Below, in pieces: positions 10,558-21,597 of a stretch of DNA of 61,583 bases. The notes under the pieces were generated by a model. It was not told where the DNA came from and made no database searches. It was given only the letters and a program-made list of their open reading frames with translations. Numbering within the stretch: the first letter of the stretch is position 1; each line of letters begins with the position of its first letter. The translations under genes were made by a program, and so were the position numbers. Source of the stretch: Candidatus Brocadiia bacterium (GTDB taxonomy: Bacteria > Planctomycetota > Brocadiia > SM23-32); NCBI GenBank assembly GCA_046538485.1, contig JBKHIT010000026.1:1-61583 (forward strand), in the 5' to 3' direction.

Positions 10558-12977
10558 TCTCTTCTGGTGGCCCCGAGGGATAACCGAGGCAAAATCTTGT
10601 CAGCCACGGATCGGTCATATTGGAAAATCATAAAACCCGGACAGTCATTTTCGCGAAGGACTTTTATCTGACCGAGCACGTCGGCTGGAGAAAGTGTCCG
10701 GGAAGAGGCTCCAATACCAGGGTACAGAGTAGCTTCCGGAGGACAACTTTTCAACTGTTGTTTCAGGAGTTCTTCGAAATGCGATCGGTTGGAGACGTAG
10801 TTCATCGGGCAGACAAAATCGAGGTATCCGGATTCCAACCAGCTCATCCAATCCTGTCCCACCGCCTCTCGGCAGTCTGGATACTGAGGATATACCGCAG
10901 CAGAAAGCTGGATATCGGGCCGGATCTCACGGGCGGAACGGCTGACGGATTTGACGAGTTCTGTAATCTGTTGGCAGCGCCAATCAGCCCATTCTTCCTG
11001 CAAGGCCCCCGATCTTACCTCTTGGGGCCATTTGCCCATCTTTTGCCCCACGTAAGTTTCAAATTTGTGACGGCAGCGCTCGCAATAACAGGCGTTTTTG
11101 TCTGGATAACGGATGTAGTCGAAATGAAGTCCGTCGACGGGATAATCGCGGACAACTTCCAGCATAGAATCCCGCTCGAGCTTGAAATTGCGAGGGTCTG
11201 TCGGACAGAGCCATTGACGGGTCTCGCCGGAAGGGGAAACCTGCAGTCGCCCCTGTTTTTTGAGTTTTTTGGTGAAGTTTGAGTTTTTGCCCTGCAGTTT
11301 CCAGTTTACTTTCCAGACGTGCAATTCCACTCCGTGTTTGTGGCATGCGGTGAGACACTCTTGAAGCAGGTTCTCCCCCGCCGCGTCACTTGCTTCCGGG
11401 AGGACGTCGCTGGGGAAGTAGGCGATATCGGCCCACAGGAGGTTTGGGAAAACGGCATTAAAGCCCGACGACCGGAGCTTTTTGATGGCTTCGTCCCAGC
11501 TTAATCCGGTTAGTCCTTGCGGCTTGTGGACCCACAAACCACGAAATTCTTTTTTGATACTTTTGAACGCGGCAGAGTAGGCTTCAAGCAGATGTTTTCG
11601 TGCTTTTTCTGAGTATTCGAGGACTCCAGAGAAATCGCTTTTCCGGTGGGCTGCGAGCGTTTGTTTGCGATAGTCTCTCGCGTTCTTGAGTATTGGAATG
11701 GTCCGCTCGACGGTGCCGTTTTGGCGGGATATCTGGAGCGTCTGAAGAGCTTCCTGGACCCAGGAACCGTCCCCGGGAAGCGGGCCACTGGCGGCGATGA
11801 TTTGGCGGGTGAGCCTTTTTTTAATTTGTGGGGACAGGGAAGCGATAAGCGACAGGAGGAATTTGGATTTTTTCTCTTCGTCGACCAGTGTCAGAACATG
11901 CCCCAGAAAAACGCCGTTTCTGTGTCTTGTGGCTGCCGGAATCCCAAAATTAATTCCACTGGCATCCTCCCAGTGCCCGATAATTTTTGCACCTGCCAGA
12001 GTGGGAACTGTAATGTTCCAGGAGTCTTGTCTGAGAGTTTCCGGACCCAGAGGCAGGACGTTATCTTTGAATCGGATTGCTGCAAACTGGCCGGGATATG
12101 TGGCTTTCTGCCATTTTTTCCATTCCAGGCCGATGGCGGGAGCGAGAGTTTTGGGAAGAACGTATATCAGAACTATTTTGCCGTCCCTTTGCAGAAATTC
12201 CTTAATCTGCCCGACTTCATCCGCGGTGATATCGGGGTTGTACGGATAAATTGCGACTTTGTAGTTTTTAAGAGCCCCATGTTCTACGTCCACATCGTCC
12301 AGCCGAGCTGCATGGATTCCCCGTTCGCGCAACCATTGATATGCGACACCGCAATAACGTCGAACACTACGCGCTTCCAGGGGAGTTTTCTTGAGAGTTC
12401 GTGTCCCCCGAATGACCGCAATGTCGGCCCTGTGCGCTACCATTTCGCTTACCCCGACGGCCGTTGCGATGGGCCTGCCTTTCCAGAAGGAAAACCGAAG
12501 ACGATCAATCTGGTGCCAGCCCAAAGGGCTGTCTTCCGGCTGAAAATCGCCTCGGTGGAGTTCAACGCGTTGCCATTTTTCCCCTTTCACATGGAACCAA
12601 CCGCCGTACCAGCCTTCACCGCTTTTGAGGTAAAGTGTGCAGCGGCTGAAGGCAGATGGGTTTTTGAGACGGATCCAGAAGGAAATAGAGCCACAGCTTG
12701 AAAGATCCAGATCGACAGACGCGTCCCAATAATAGCGTTCTTTGATCCGGTCGAAAGGACAGGAAAAACCGACGGCATCATGGCCATTTCTGATTCTGGG
12801 CACTGATACCACGGCCGGACCGACGCCGGGTTGCCATTGGCGTCTTGCAGACCACTGGCTCTTGTGGGAACAGATATTGAGGCGAATGTTCTCAGCACTA
12901 TCGGCTGGTAGGGCAGAAAAAACAAACAGAACCGTCCATAGCAGTGCTGAGTGCAAGCTGAAACGACGGTTGATCAT
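10554..12977 (-). CDS. Secreted GHL10/DUF187 (YddW-like) glycoside hydrolase with an N-terminal CBM-like domain
   Basis: C-terminal RGLWV, GFNAVF, GVELHVW, WLCP and YPVDGLHFDYIRYP motifs. N-terminal beta-sandwich (DLSSCGSISFWI...WQRVEL...IDRLRFS) and a signal peptide. Confidence 0.8.
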   Translation of the reverse strand: MINRRFSLHSALLWTVLFVFSALPADSAENIRLNICSHKSQWSARRQWQPGVGPAVVSVPRIRNGHDAVGFSCPFDRIKERYYWDASVDLDLSSCGSISFWIRLKNPSAFSRCTLYLKSGEGWYGGWFHVKGEKWQRVELHRGDFQPEDSPLGWHQIDRLRFSFWKGRPIATAVGVSEMVAHRADIAVIRGTRTLKKTPLEARSVRRYCGVAYQWLRERGIHAARLDDVDVEHGALKNYKVAIYPYNPDITADEVGQIKEFLQRDGKIVLIYVLPKTLAPAIGLEWKKWQKATYPGQFAAIRFKDNVLPLGPETLRQDSWNITVPTLAGAKIIGHWEDASGINFGIPAATRHRNGVFLGHVLTLVDEEKKSKFLLSLIASLSPQIKKRLTRQIIAASGPLPGDGSWVQEALQTLQISRQNGTVERTIPILKNARDYRKQTLAAHRKSDFSGVLEYSEKARKHLLEAYSAAFKSIKKEFRGLWVHKPQGLTGLSWDEAIKKLRSSGFNAVFPNLLWADIAYFPSDVLPEASDAAGENLLQECLTACHKHGVELHVWKVNWKLQGKNSNFTKKLKKQGRLQVSPSGETRQWLCPTDPRNFKLERDSMLEVVRDYPVDGLHFDYIRYPDKNACYCERCRHKFETYVGQKMGKWPQEVRSGALQEEWADWRCQQITELVKSVSRSAREIRPDIQLSAAVYPQYPDCREAVGQDWMSWLESGYLDFVCPMNYVSNRSHFEELLKQQLKSCPPEATLYPGIGASSRTLSPADVLGQIKVLRENDCPGFMIFQYDRSVADKILPRLSLGATRRE

Positions 12978-13278
12978 TACGAAATTCTTCCCCGACTGAG
13001 AGTTCCGCTTGAAAGCAATTGTACGGATTCGCCGACGGCAAATTCAACGCGGAAAGGTGTCGCAAAGGGGTAACATGCAAATTTTTACGGAACTTGATCG
13101 TTCTGCCGGGAAACTAATATGATAAAATATTGTCGGAATTGGTTTGTTTGTGGTACAACGGTTTTGTAGCTGTTATTTAAAATAAACACATATGGTTTCC
13201 TGCTTTACCTGGCGTCTGCGGCTTTGGCTCAGGCTCTCAAGGGGGAGCGGATACTAATTTCATGGAAAATGCGCTGTC

Positions 13279-14199
13279 ATGAAAAATAACAAGCGGAAGT
13301 TTTATTTCGGCGTGATACTGCTTGCGCTCTTTGTTATCGGTGTGGGGTGTGCTGAGCGGCCAGAGCGCGTGAAGCAGAAGAAAAAAAAGCGTGTGGGCCC
13401 TAATGCTGACCTGCCAGCCGATCGCGACGAATTTCAGCGCCGGGTGAGTGAACTGCGAAAACAATTGCCGGAAGACGTATTTACCATAATAGTTCAGCCT
13501 CCTTTTGTTATTATTGGTGATGAGGAACCGGGGGGCGTAGAGAGGCGGGCACGGAAAACGGTGAAGTGGACCGTTGATATGCTGCGAAAAGCATATTTCC
13601 CCAGGTTACCGGATAGAATAATCGATGTCTGGCTTTTCAAAGACCGCGAAAGTTACCGGGAACATTGCCGAAGCCTGTTTCATATCGAACCCGGGACGCC
13701 GTTCGGCTTTTGTTCGAGGGAATATGGTTTAATAATGAATGTGGCGACGGGCGGCGGCACGCTTGTGCATGAGATTGTTCATCCTTTCGTGGAAGCGAAT
13801 TTCCCTGAATGTCCTGCATGGTTTAATGAAGGACTGGCTTCGCTCTACGAACAGTGTGGGGAGAGGGGAGGACGGATTGTTGGATTCACGAACTGGCGTC
13901 TGGCGGGACTTCAGAAGGCGATCGGCCGGGACTCTTTGGGTTCGTTCAAGCGTCTCACGGATATGTCGGCGTTGGAGTTTTACGGAGAAGGGTCTGGGTT
14001 GAACTATGCACAGGCTCGTTATCTGTGCTATTACCTGCAGGAAAAAGGGGTCCTGAGAAAATTTTTTAAAAAGTGGACCGCCCGGACCGAAGCGGATCCC
14101 ACGGGGTACGAAACGCTCAAATCGGTTCTTAGCACCGACGATATGGAGAGGTTTCAGAACGAATGGGAAGATTACGTGATGTCGCTTCATTTCCCGTGA
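13279..14199 (+). CDS. Gluzincin / peptidase MA-like zinc metalloprotein, probable lipoprotein
   Basis: TLVHEIVH zinc motif, WFNEGLA third-ligand motif, YAQA; signal peptide ending VGVGC. Confidence 0.8.
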   Translation: MKNNKRKFYFGVILLALFVIGVGCAERPERVKQKKKKRVGPNADLPADRDEFQRRVSELRKQLPEDVFTIIVQPPFVIIGDEEPGGVERRARKTVKWTVDMLRKAYFPRLPDRIIDVWLFKDRESYREHCRSLFHIEPGTPFGFCSREYGLIMNVATGGGTLVHEIVHPFVEANFPECPAWFNEGLASLYEQCGERGGRIVGFTNWRLAGLQKAIGRDSLGSFKRLTDMSALEFYGEGSGLNYAQARYLCYYLQEKGVLRKFFKKWTARTEADPTGYETLKSVLSTDDMERFQNEWEDYVMSLHFP

Positions 14200-14566
14200 T
14201 CTCCCGTTTATGCAAAGGAATCCACCGTGCGGATGCTGTATTGTGGCATGGTTTTATGGCGAATAGAGCACGTAGGCGCGGACGCTTTGGCCTTGACAGA
14301 CTCAGGGGGTTAGCGGGTAGAATAAAGGTGAACTGAGATTATGCCATGTTTGATCGATAACGGCGCTCGGTTGTGCGGATGAAGTAAAGCGGTAAAACAG
14401 TTGAGCGTTGTTGAAAATAAATGCCTGAAACCGAAGCCATGACCTGAACTGCAAAATCCGTCCGGAGTTTGGCGATGCCATTCGCAAGGTCAAATCTGGT
14501 TGGGGGGTGATTAGGGCATCGGTAGAAGGAGCGCTAAAACCCATCCCGGCGAAGGAGAAGTAACGG

Positions 14567-17500
14567 TTGCTTAACCGAAGAACTCCCGTCAGAAATCGCC
14601 TGATACTGTTGATATTGCTGATGGGGACCGTCTTTTTGGCAGGCAGTCGCTATGCCCAGGCTCAGGCTTCCGGCGAGAAAGTAGATCGACTCATTCAACA
14701 ACTTCAAAGTGAGTCGGTTCGGGAAAGAATAAGTGCTGCTCAGGGCCTTGGCAAAATGAGAGCGCATCGATCTGCTATGCCCCTTGTAAACGCTTTAGGG
14801 GATGATGACGCGGGCGTGCGCTCCGCCGCCGAAAAAGCTCTATTGAACATCGGGGAACCCAGTACCCGAGCCCTGGCTAAAGGTGTTCGTGAACTCGACG
14901 AGGAAGGATCACAAGAGGCGGCCCGGGCTCTGGTTAAGTTCGGGAAAGCCGGGGCGGAGGAATTAATACGTTTGGTCTCTGCAGACGATGCAGCCGTGCG
15001 GAGTCGGGCGGTCGATGGCCTTGTGAGACTGGGTCCCAAAGGCGTTGATCCGCTCAGCAAAGTTCTCATGCAGGGTTCAGTGGAAGGAGCTCGTGAGGCA
15101 GCCTATGGGCTTGCGGCCATTGGAGCGGCAACCACCAATGAGTTGCAGAAAGGCGCATCTTCTGCCAGGCCGGAAACCCAGCTTGCCGCAGCAGAAGGTT
15201 TGGCTGTGTTAGGACCAGAAGGGTCAGAAGCGGCTCCCGAGCTGGCAAAATTGCTGCAGTCGCAGGACGCAAGAGTAAAGTTCGCAGCTCGCCGCGCTCT
15301 GGTGCAGATGGGAGCCCGGGCTGTTCCCGCACTGAAAAAGGTTTTCCTCAGCGGTATTCCGGGAAGAACCGGACAAGCCGCTGCAGCGCTTGAGGCAATC
15401 GGACGGTCTGCAGAGAGCGCTTTCATTGAAGGTCTCGAAAACAACGATGTTATCGTGCGGCGGCTATCGGCTTTGGGGTTGAGCCGGATCGGTCATCTGA
15501 GTTCCAAAGCAGCTGAAGGTTTGACAAAAGTCCTGGAGGACAACGATGCTGCTGTACGGCTTGCTGCGAAACGAGCACTGGGAAAATTGGGCACCAGCGC
15601 TGTTTCGGAATTGGTGGAATTGCTTAAAAGCGACGAATCTGGTGTCAGCCGGAGTGCAGCCGAAGGGTTGGCTCAATTGGGAGCGGCTGCTGCGCCGGCC
15701 GTTTCGAAACTTTTGGTTGATCAGCCCCCGCGGGTCAAGAAGCGGGCGGCCGGTCTGCTAATGACGCTCGGTCCGGCTGCAGCACCGGCAAAAAATGGGC
15801 TTATTGAGGCCCTGAAAGATACAAATGCAGGTGTGCGGCGGCGCGCAGCCCGCGCACTGGCGGGCATCGGCGCTGAAGCTATTCCTGCTCTGATTGATGT
15901 GATCAAGGAAAACAAACGCAACCGTGTGGTGCGAGAAGCAGCCCAACGGGCACTCGCACGAATTGGACGTCCGGCCGCGGAAAAGCTGGCGGAACTTCTG
16001 CAAAGTGACAATCTGCACGTTCGGCGGGCGGGTGCCGCTGCTCTGGCGGAGATGGGCTGGCAGGCAAGACCAGCCGTCGACGAGCTTGCCGAAATTGTGG
16101 GTCATCCGGATGACGAGACGGCGCGTATTGCGGCAATCGCTCTGGTAAAAATCGGCGATCCGGCTCTTTCTGCTTTGCTGGCTGCTTTGAAATCAACAGA
16201 CGCGTTACGGCGTAGAGGGGCGGCGGATGCCTTGGCCCGGATGGGCGTCGCCGCAGTGCCGCTTCTTAAACGTGCTCTTGACGACGATGATTCGGAAGTT
16301 CGACAGGCTGCAGTGCAGGCTCTGGGTCGCATGGGCCCGTCGGGGGCAGGAGCTGCGGAACAGCTTGTGGATCGACTCGACGACGGAAATACAGATGTTG
16401 CGAATGCCGCTCAGGCAGCGTTGCTGCATATCGGTCCTGCTGCGGTCCCGGCCCTATCAAAAGCCACCGAGAACCGAACGGGGGATGTGGCTGGCAAAGC
16501 CAGTCAGATCATGGCGCAGATGGGGTCCCGGGGAGTGAAAGCTCTTGAGAAAACACTTCAAGAAGGTGGGAAAGATGCCCGGATTGCATCGGCGGCGGCC
16601 CTGGTAGAAATGGGAGTCTCGGATTCCGATGCCGTGCAAATACTGGTTAATGCCCTGGTGGACCCGAGTGCGTCCGTAAGATGGGAGGCGAGAACGGCAT
16701 TGAGCAGTTTGGGTGATCTTGCGGCCCCCCAGTTAAGAGAAGCGCTTGAAAGTGCTGATGAAGATTTAGGACGTGCAGCCGCGCGAACATTGGCCGAGAT
16801 TGGGGCTCCCGCCGTACCTGTTTTACGTCAGGCTCTGAAGGAGCACGAGCCAGATGTCCTGTGGCGAGCAGCTTATGCGGTGTCTCTCGGTGGGGCGGAA
16901 ATGCAAGCCGCAGCCCCCGAGCTCGTGAGTCTGATTGATCACGAAAAGGAAGAAGTGGCCGGGATGGCCGCCGATGCGCTGGTGAGGATCGGAAAACCGG
17001 CGGCAGATGCGCTCGTTCGGACGCTCTCGTCCCCCGGGCGACAGTCTGAACGTGCGGCCGACATCATTTCACGTATTGGATATCCCGCCGTTCACGCGCT
17101 TCGTGGGGTTCTCCAGACAGGTGGGACGCAGGAAAAGCGTCTGGCTGCCAGTGCACTGGCGAAAGTTGGGTCGTTTGCCGAGCCGGCGACGAAGGAATTG
17201 GTGGCGGCACTTCATTCCCGGGATGATCAGGTGCGGGCATCGGCGGAAGAAGCGCTTTCTGCAATTGGGCCTTCGGCTGTCAATTGGTTGGTGAAAGGAT
17301 TGGGACACAAAAATTCCGAATTGCGAAAAAGTGCTGCTACGGTACTGGGCAAAATGGGTCAGGATGCCTGGAAAGCCACTTCAGCGCTTGCTGATTTGTT
17401 GGACGATCCCGATAAAGAGACCCGTCTGGCAGCGGCCAACGCGCTGGGAAAAATCGGTCCGCGCGCGAAACCGGCCGTCAAAGCGCTCGGGAAACGACTT

Positions 17501-17899
17501 CTGGAGACGGACCCCAAGATGGGATATTTTGCCGCATACGCCCTCGGTCGAATCGGTCCGGCTGCTGTCCCTGTTGTAGAGAAAGCACTAAAAAACCCGA
17601 ATCCGGTCATCAGGGCCAATGGCGCTCTTGCTGCCACGAAACTGGGAGAACACGCCGAGCCGCTTGTTTCGCTGCTTGCAAAAGCTCTGAAAGACGATAG
17701 TACGAAAGTTGGTATATATGCGATTTCGGCTTTGAACCGAATGGGACCGAAAGCGCGTCCGGCGGTGCCGGCGCTGATCGATGCTCTTGATAATGCTCAG
17801 CACCAGCATTCTGTTGCCGGAGCATTGCAGCGCATTACGGGAAAGAGTTTTGGTAAGGATATTGAGAAATGGCGTGACTGGTGGGAGGAGAACCAATAG
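14567..17899 (+). CDS. Secreted HEAT (PBS-lyase-type) repeat protein
   Basis: TTG start behind AGGAG; signal peptide ending AQA; roughly 30 repeats of D.D..VR..AA.AL..IG..A...L...L; C-terminal ALQRITG...WRDWW cap. Confidence 0.9.
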   Translation: MLNRRTPVRNRLILLILLMGTVFLAGSRYAQAQASGEKVDRLIQQLQSESVRERISAAQGLGKMRAHRSAMPLVNALGDDDAGVRSAAEKALLNIGEPSTRALAKGVRELDEEGSQEAARALVKFGKAGAEELIRLVSADDAAVRSRAVDGLVRLGPKGVDPLSKVLMQGSVEGAREAAYGLAAIGAATTNELQKGASSARPETQLAAAEGLAVLGPEGSEAAPELAKLLQSQDARVKFAARRALVQMGARAVPALKKVFLSGIPGRTGQAAAALEAIGRSAESAFIEGLENNDVIVRRLSALGLSRIGHLSSKAAEGLTKVLEDNDAAVRLAAKRALGKLGTSAVSELVELLKSDESGVSRSAAEGLAQLGAAAAPAVSKLLVDQPPRVKKRAAGLLMTLGPAAAPAKNGLIEALKDTNAGVRRRAARALAGIGAEAIPALIDVIKENKRNRVVREAAQRALARIGRPAAEKLAELLQSDNLHVRRAGAAALAEMGWQARPAVDELAEIVGHPDDETARIAAIALVKIGDPALSALLAALKSTDALRRRGAADALARMGVAAVPLLKRALDDDDSEVRQAAVQALGRMGPSGAGAAEQLVDRLDDGNTDVANAAQAALLHIGPAAVPALSKATENRTGDVAGKASQIMAQMGSRGVKALEKTLQEGGKDARIASAAALVEMGVSDSDAVQILVNALVDPSASVRWEARTALSSLGDLAAPQLREALESADEDLGRAAARTLAEIGAPAVPVLRQALKEHEPDVLWRAAYAVSLGGAEMQAAAPELVSLIDHEKEEVAGMAADALVRIGKPAADALVRTLSSPGRQSERAADIISRIGYPAVHALRGVLQTGGTQEKRLAASALAKVGSFAEPATKELVAALHSRDDQVRASAEEALSAIGPSAVNWLVKGLGHKNSELRKSAATVLGKMGQDAWKATSALADLLDDPDKETRLAAANALGKIGPRAKPAVKALGKRLLETDPKMGYFAAYALGRIGPAAVPVVEKALKNPNPVIRANGALAATKLGEHAEPLVSLLAKALKDDSTKVGIYAISALNRMGPKARPAVPALIDALDNAQHQHSVAGALQRITGKSFGKDIEKWRDWWEENQ

Positions 17900-17960
17900 A
17901 ACCCGATGAGTGTGAACAGTTTATTGTTGTATCCATGGGTTGCGAAATTGGAGTGACAGT

Positions 17961-18398
17961 TTGGGTCTGAAAGATAAGTGGAAAAGCGAAGATAAAAACA
18001 GCGATGAGATTCCAATGGCTGCTATGCCGGATATCGCTTTTCTGTTACTCGTTTTTTTTATGGTTTCGACGACCTTTCTCGTGACGCGAACTCTCGATGT
18101 AGAATTGCCCGCGTATTCTTCAGAACGACAACGAAAAACAGAGACACATGTTAACGTGGCATTGTCGTCGGACTCAGTGCGCGTTGATTACGCGGACGAG
18201 ACGGTCCGGTTGGAATTGTGGGAATTGGAAGGTTATGTTAGAGATGCACTTGCCTCGGCGAAAAGCGATTCGGAGAAGGTTGTTATGCTTGAGGTGCAGG
18301 ATGAATGTTCTTACCAGCGTGTTGTAGGTGCCTTTGATGCGATACAAACTGCCGGAGGATTTGTTTCGCTGGTCGAACCGGAAACGCAGAATTTATAG
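17961..18398 (+). CDS. exbD: ExbD/TolR family protein (copy 1)
   Basis: MAAMPDIAFLLLVFFMV TM helix with the conserved Asp, LDVELP, and YQRVVGAFDAI. Start placed at TTG behind GGAG (ORF track starts 17940). Confidence 0.88.
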   Translation: MGLKDKWKSEDKNSDEIPMAAMPDIAFLLLVFFMVSTTFLVTRTLDVELPAYSSERQRKTETHVNVALSSDSVRVDYADETVRLELWELEGYVRDALASAKSDSEKVVMLEVQDECSYQRVVGAFDAIQTAGGFVSLVEPETQNL

Positions 18399-18518
18399 AG
18401 AGTATCGAGACAGGTCTCATTCGTGCCGACTGTGAAGGATGATTACAAAGTTTGCGAGAATTGAGAAGAAACGGAATAAACAGTTACGGAAACAAAAATG
18501 TTCCCAATGGAGGCTCAG

Positions 18519-21500
18519 ATGAATATTGATACGGAAAAAGTTCCGGTTGTAGCGCGCATGAGCTTGGCTTTTTTGATAGCTTTCTCCCTTGTGGGCGGAG
18601 TTGTAGTAAGCGCGCAGGATACAAGCAGTGGGCGAAGCGCGCGCGAGAAACGCCTCGAAGAAAGGGAGCGAGAAGGGGAGGAGAAGAAAGCAAAACTCAA
18701 ATGGTCCAACGCCGAAAGCGCATACCTTGTTAGAGAATATGAGACGGCCCGGAAGCTTTATCTTGCGATACTCCAACGATTTCCGAAAACAAATTTTGCT
18801 GTCAGGGCTCTGGCGCGTATCGGTGATGTTTACCGTAGCGAGAAATCGTTCAAACAGGCGGTAGAGTTTTACAGGAGAATGATCAAGAGATATGAAACGC
18901 TGCCCCTTGAGCGCCAGGAAGAACTTAGAAAAGAGATGATTCGGGCGCGGTACATGATCGGGGCTGCGTATTACGAGCAAAAAAATTACCGCAAAGTCTT
19001 CTCTGAATTCCGTCGGTTTATCCAGGATTTCCCCGATTCGAAATATACCAATGTCGCTTATTTTCTGATTGGCCAGAGCCATCTTGCTAATGAGAATTTT
19101 CGCGCGGCAATAAAAGCCTTTGATTCAGTGGGTACGGTGCGCGGACTCGGCCATCAGAGTGAGGAAACACTGATTTCCCCTGGCGATCTGCTCTATGTCC
19201 AGGTGGAAGATGCCGATATGCGAAGTGCGGGCCTCGGCGAGAGAATCAAAGTGCAGGTGACCACGACGGCGGGCGACCTTGAACGCGTGTTTTTGAAACC
19301 TAAGGGGCTTGGTAGCCCTCTGTTTATTGGGAATATTAAAACCCGACTGGGAAAACCTCAGCCGACGCAACCGCTGGAGCAGCTGTGGTCGGTTGAAGTG
19401 GATGCGGAGATAGACCGTCGTTTGAAAAAAACACGGGAACTGCGACGTCGTGTTGCAGAATTGCGCGATAAACGCGAGGCCCTTGAGAAAAAATTGAAAA
19501 AAGTGGCTGCCGATGAGTCTCTGAGCGGTGACGAGCAGCTCGAGGCGGTCGGAAAGTTGAAAGATCAAATATCAGCGTGTTCTGAAAATATAATTACCTC
19601 GAAGCGACGGTCAGAGAATTCGAGAGAATGGGTTTTGACGAAAGTGGATAAAGCCTTCTCTGGTATCGAGGAGTACCTGAAAAAATATGCTCCCGATAAA
19701 ACGATCGAAGAAGTCAAGAAGCGTCTGGGAAAAGCAAAAAAAGAAGAACAAAAAAAGACTGGCGCGGGCACACTGGCCGCAGGGGCTACAGAGGTAAAGG
19801 AGAAAGAAGAACAACCTGTTGAGGAAGACAAGAGTGTTTTCTCGCGGGAAGAGATTTTGAAAGTGCGGCTTGCGGCGGGTAAACAGCCCACTACTCTCAA
19901 AAATTTTGACGGAAGACGCGCCGTCCTGCGGTACTGGATCGAACAATTGCTGCACGATCTGAAAAGGCTCGAGGTGTTTGGATCCGACAAAATATCTGTT
20001 ATGTATCGTGACAAACAGGTGTCCACCGGGCAGGAAGATCAGATGCGGAAGGACATCATTTCTCTTGCTTCGGATGCATACGTTGTGTTCGTTTCGGACG
20101 ATGAGTCAACGGCCGTTTCGAAAGAGGTTTACGGTTCGCCCTGCCATATCAAAGTGGTAGACAAGGATCGCGATGTCAGCGAGGATAAGGATGAGATCAA
20201 AGTGGTTTTGAGCGTTGTTGACAAAGAGAGCGAGGAAGAGAAAAAGGAGAAGGCAAAAGAGGCCGAACTGGGTGAAGAAGAAACGGAGGCAATGGAAGAA
20301 GAAGAAATGGAAACGGAAGGCCAGATTCAGGGGGGCCAGACCGAATACGTTGATTCATACGTTGACGAAGGAAAGAACTACAAAGTGGTGCTGGAAAAAA
20401 CCGACGAAGGGGATAAGAAAAAGGTGGTGGAGGTTGATGAAGAGGAAGAACCGCCACCACTGTTCCCGGAAGGGGCACCACATGCGACGGCAACGCTTAC
20501 GGAAACCAAGGAACACAGCGGGGTTTTTACGGGCGTGCTCGAGGGTTACCCAAGAGGTGTCAAGGTCAGCGGAAGAGATTTGGTCATTTCTCCCGAACAA
20601 CGGCTCCGTTGTGCGTATGAAGACGAACGGAATATCTCCCGTCGAAAACCGTGGGTTGTATGGGCGGCTGTTGAGTTCATACCCAGCAGTGAAGGTGATG
20701 TTAATGTTCCGGAGGTGGCCGATTCTAAATTGAACCGGCGAGCCCAGCTGGAAAAAGGCATCTCCCAGGGTGAGTTGGCGAAAGTTTACGAAGACCTTGG
20801 CCTTGAAGATATGGCAGAATTGTATTTTGAAAAAGCTTTGCAAACCTGCGGAAAAGTGGCTCAGATGGAAGGTCTCACACCACTCGGACAAGAAGCAACT
20901 CATGCCATCTGGCGTCTTTATTTTGAAAGTGGACAGACTGATAAAGCTGTTACGGCTTGCAAACAGTTGATCAAAGAATTCCCTGATTCAGAACTCGTAG
21001 ATGAGGCTTATTTGACCATGGGGAAGGCCTTGCTGAATAAAGCGGAAGAGGCCGAAGAACGGTCAAAGGAAGGACTTGCCCGAGAGGCAATCAGCGCGTT
21101 TAACGGCCTGCTGAAGGCAAAGCCGGATTCCGAATACAAGGCTGAGGCCCTTTACAAGATAGGCGAATCACTCTATGCCGCCGGAACCAACGGAGCCCGT
21201 TATATGGAACGGGTGGTCAAAGAACACCCCGACAGCTCCTTTGCATCGGCGGCTCTGCACCAATCGGGCATGCATGCCTACGAGAACAACGATTACGCGA
21301 GCGCATACGAGTACCTTACGCGTGTTCTGGTTGATTACCCGGATGCCGAAGCACTCGACAAAGTTATGTTGATGCGAGGACATTGCCAGGTGAAACGTCG
21401 CAAATACTCAGAAGCTCTTCGGGCCTATTATGAGTTGATCGGGAGCTACCCCGGTTCTCCTTACGCGAAAAAGGCCCAGAAAATTATCGAGTACATAAAG

Positions 21501-21536
21501 AAAAAGATGGCAAAAGCCGAACGAGCCTCCCGATAA
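18519..21536 (+). CDS. Secreted TPR protein with two internal Ig-like repeats and a coiled-coil insertion
   Basis: ATG behind GGAGG (ORF track starts 18498); signal peptide; BamD/CpoB-style TPRs (FPDSKY, FPDSEL, YPGSPY) at both ends; V.D.D...SG.F.G repeats in the middle. Confidence 0.85.
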   Translation: MNIDTEKVPVVARMSLAFLIAFSLVGGVVVSAQDTSSGRSAREKRLEEREREGEEKKAKLKWSNAESAYLVREYETARKLYLAILQRFPKTNFAVRALARIGDVYRSEKSFKQAVEFYRRMIKRYETLPLERQEELRKEMIRARYMIGAAYYEQKNYRKVFSEFRRFIQDFPDSKYTNVAYFLIGQSHLANENFRAAIKAFDSVGTVRGLGHQSEETLISPGDLLYVQVEDADMRSAGLGERIKVQVTTTAGDLERVFLKPKGLGSPLFIGNIKTRLGKPQPTQPLEQLWSVEVDAEIDRRLKKTRELRRRVAELRDKREALEKKLKKVAADESLSGDEQLEAVGKLKDQISACSENIITSKRRSENSREWVLTKVDKAFSGIEEYLKKYAPDKTIEEVKKRLGKAKKEEQKKTGAGTLAAGATEVKEKEEQPVEEDKSVFSREEILKVRLAAGKQPTTLKNFDGRRAVLRYWIEQLLHDLKRLEVFGSDKISVMYRDKQVSTGQEDQMRKDIISLASDAYVVFVSDDESTAVSKEVYGSPCHIKVVDKDRDVSEDKDEIKVVLSVVDKESEEEKKEKAKEAELGEEETEAMEEEEMETEGQIQGGQTEYVDSYVDEGKNYKVVLEKTDEGDKKKVVEVDEEEEPPPLFPEGAPHATATLTETKEHSGVFTGVLEGYPRGVKVSGRDLVISPEQRLRCAYEDERNISRRKPWVVWAAVEFIPSSEGDVNVPEVADSKLNRRAQLEKGISQGELAKVYEDLGLEDMAELYFEKALQTCGKVAQMEGLTPLGQEATHAIWRLYFESGQTDKAVTACKQLIKEFPDSELVDEAYLTMGKALLNKAEEAEERSKEGLAREAISAFNGLLKAKPDSEYKAEALYKIGESLYAAGTNGARYMERVVKEHPDSSFASAALHQSGMHAYENNDYASAYEYLTRVLVDYPDAEALDKVMLMRGHCQVKRRKYSEALRAYYELIGSYPGSPYAKKAQKIIEYIKKKMAKAERASR

Positions 21537-21597
21537 CCAAGGAATCGAAGAAATGAGAAGACAGAATTCCCTTTCCGGAAGAATTGGAGCAGAATCG

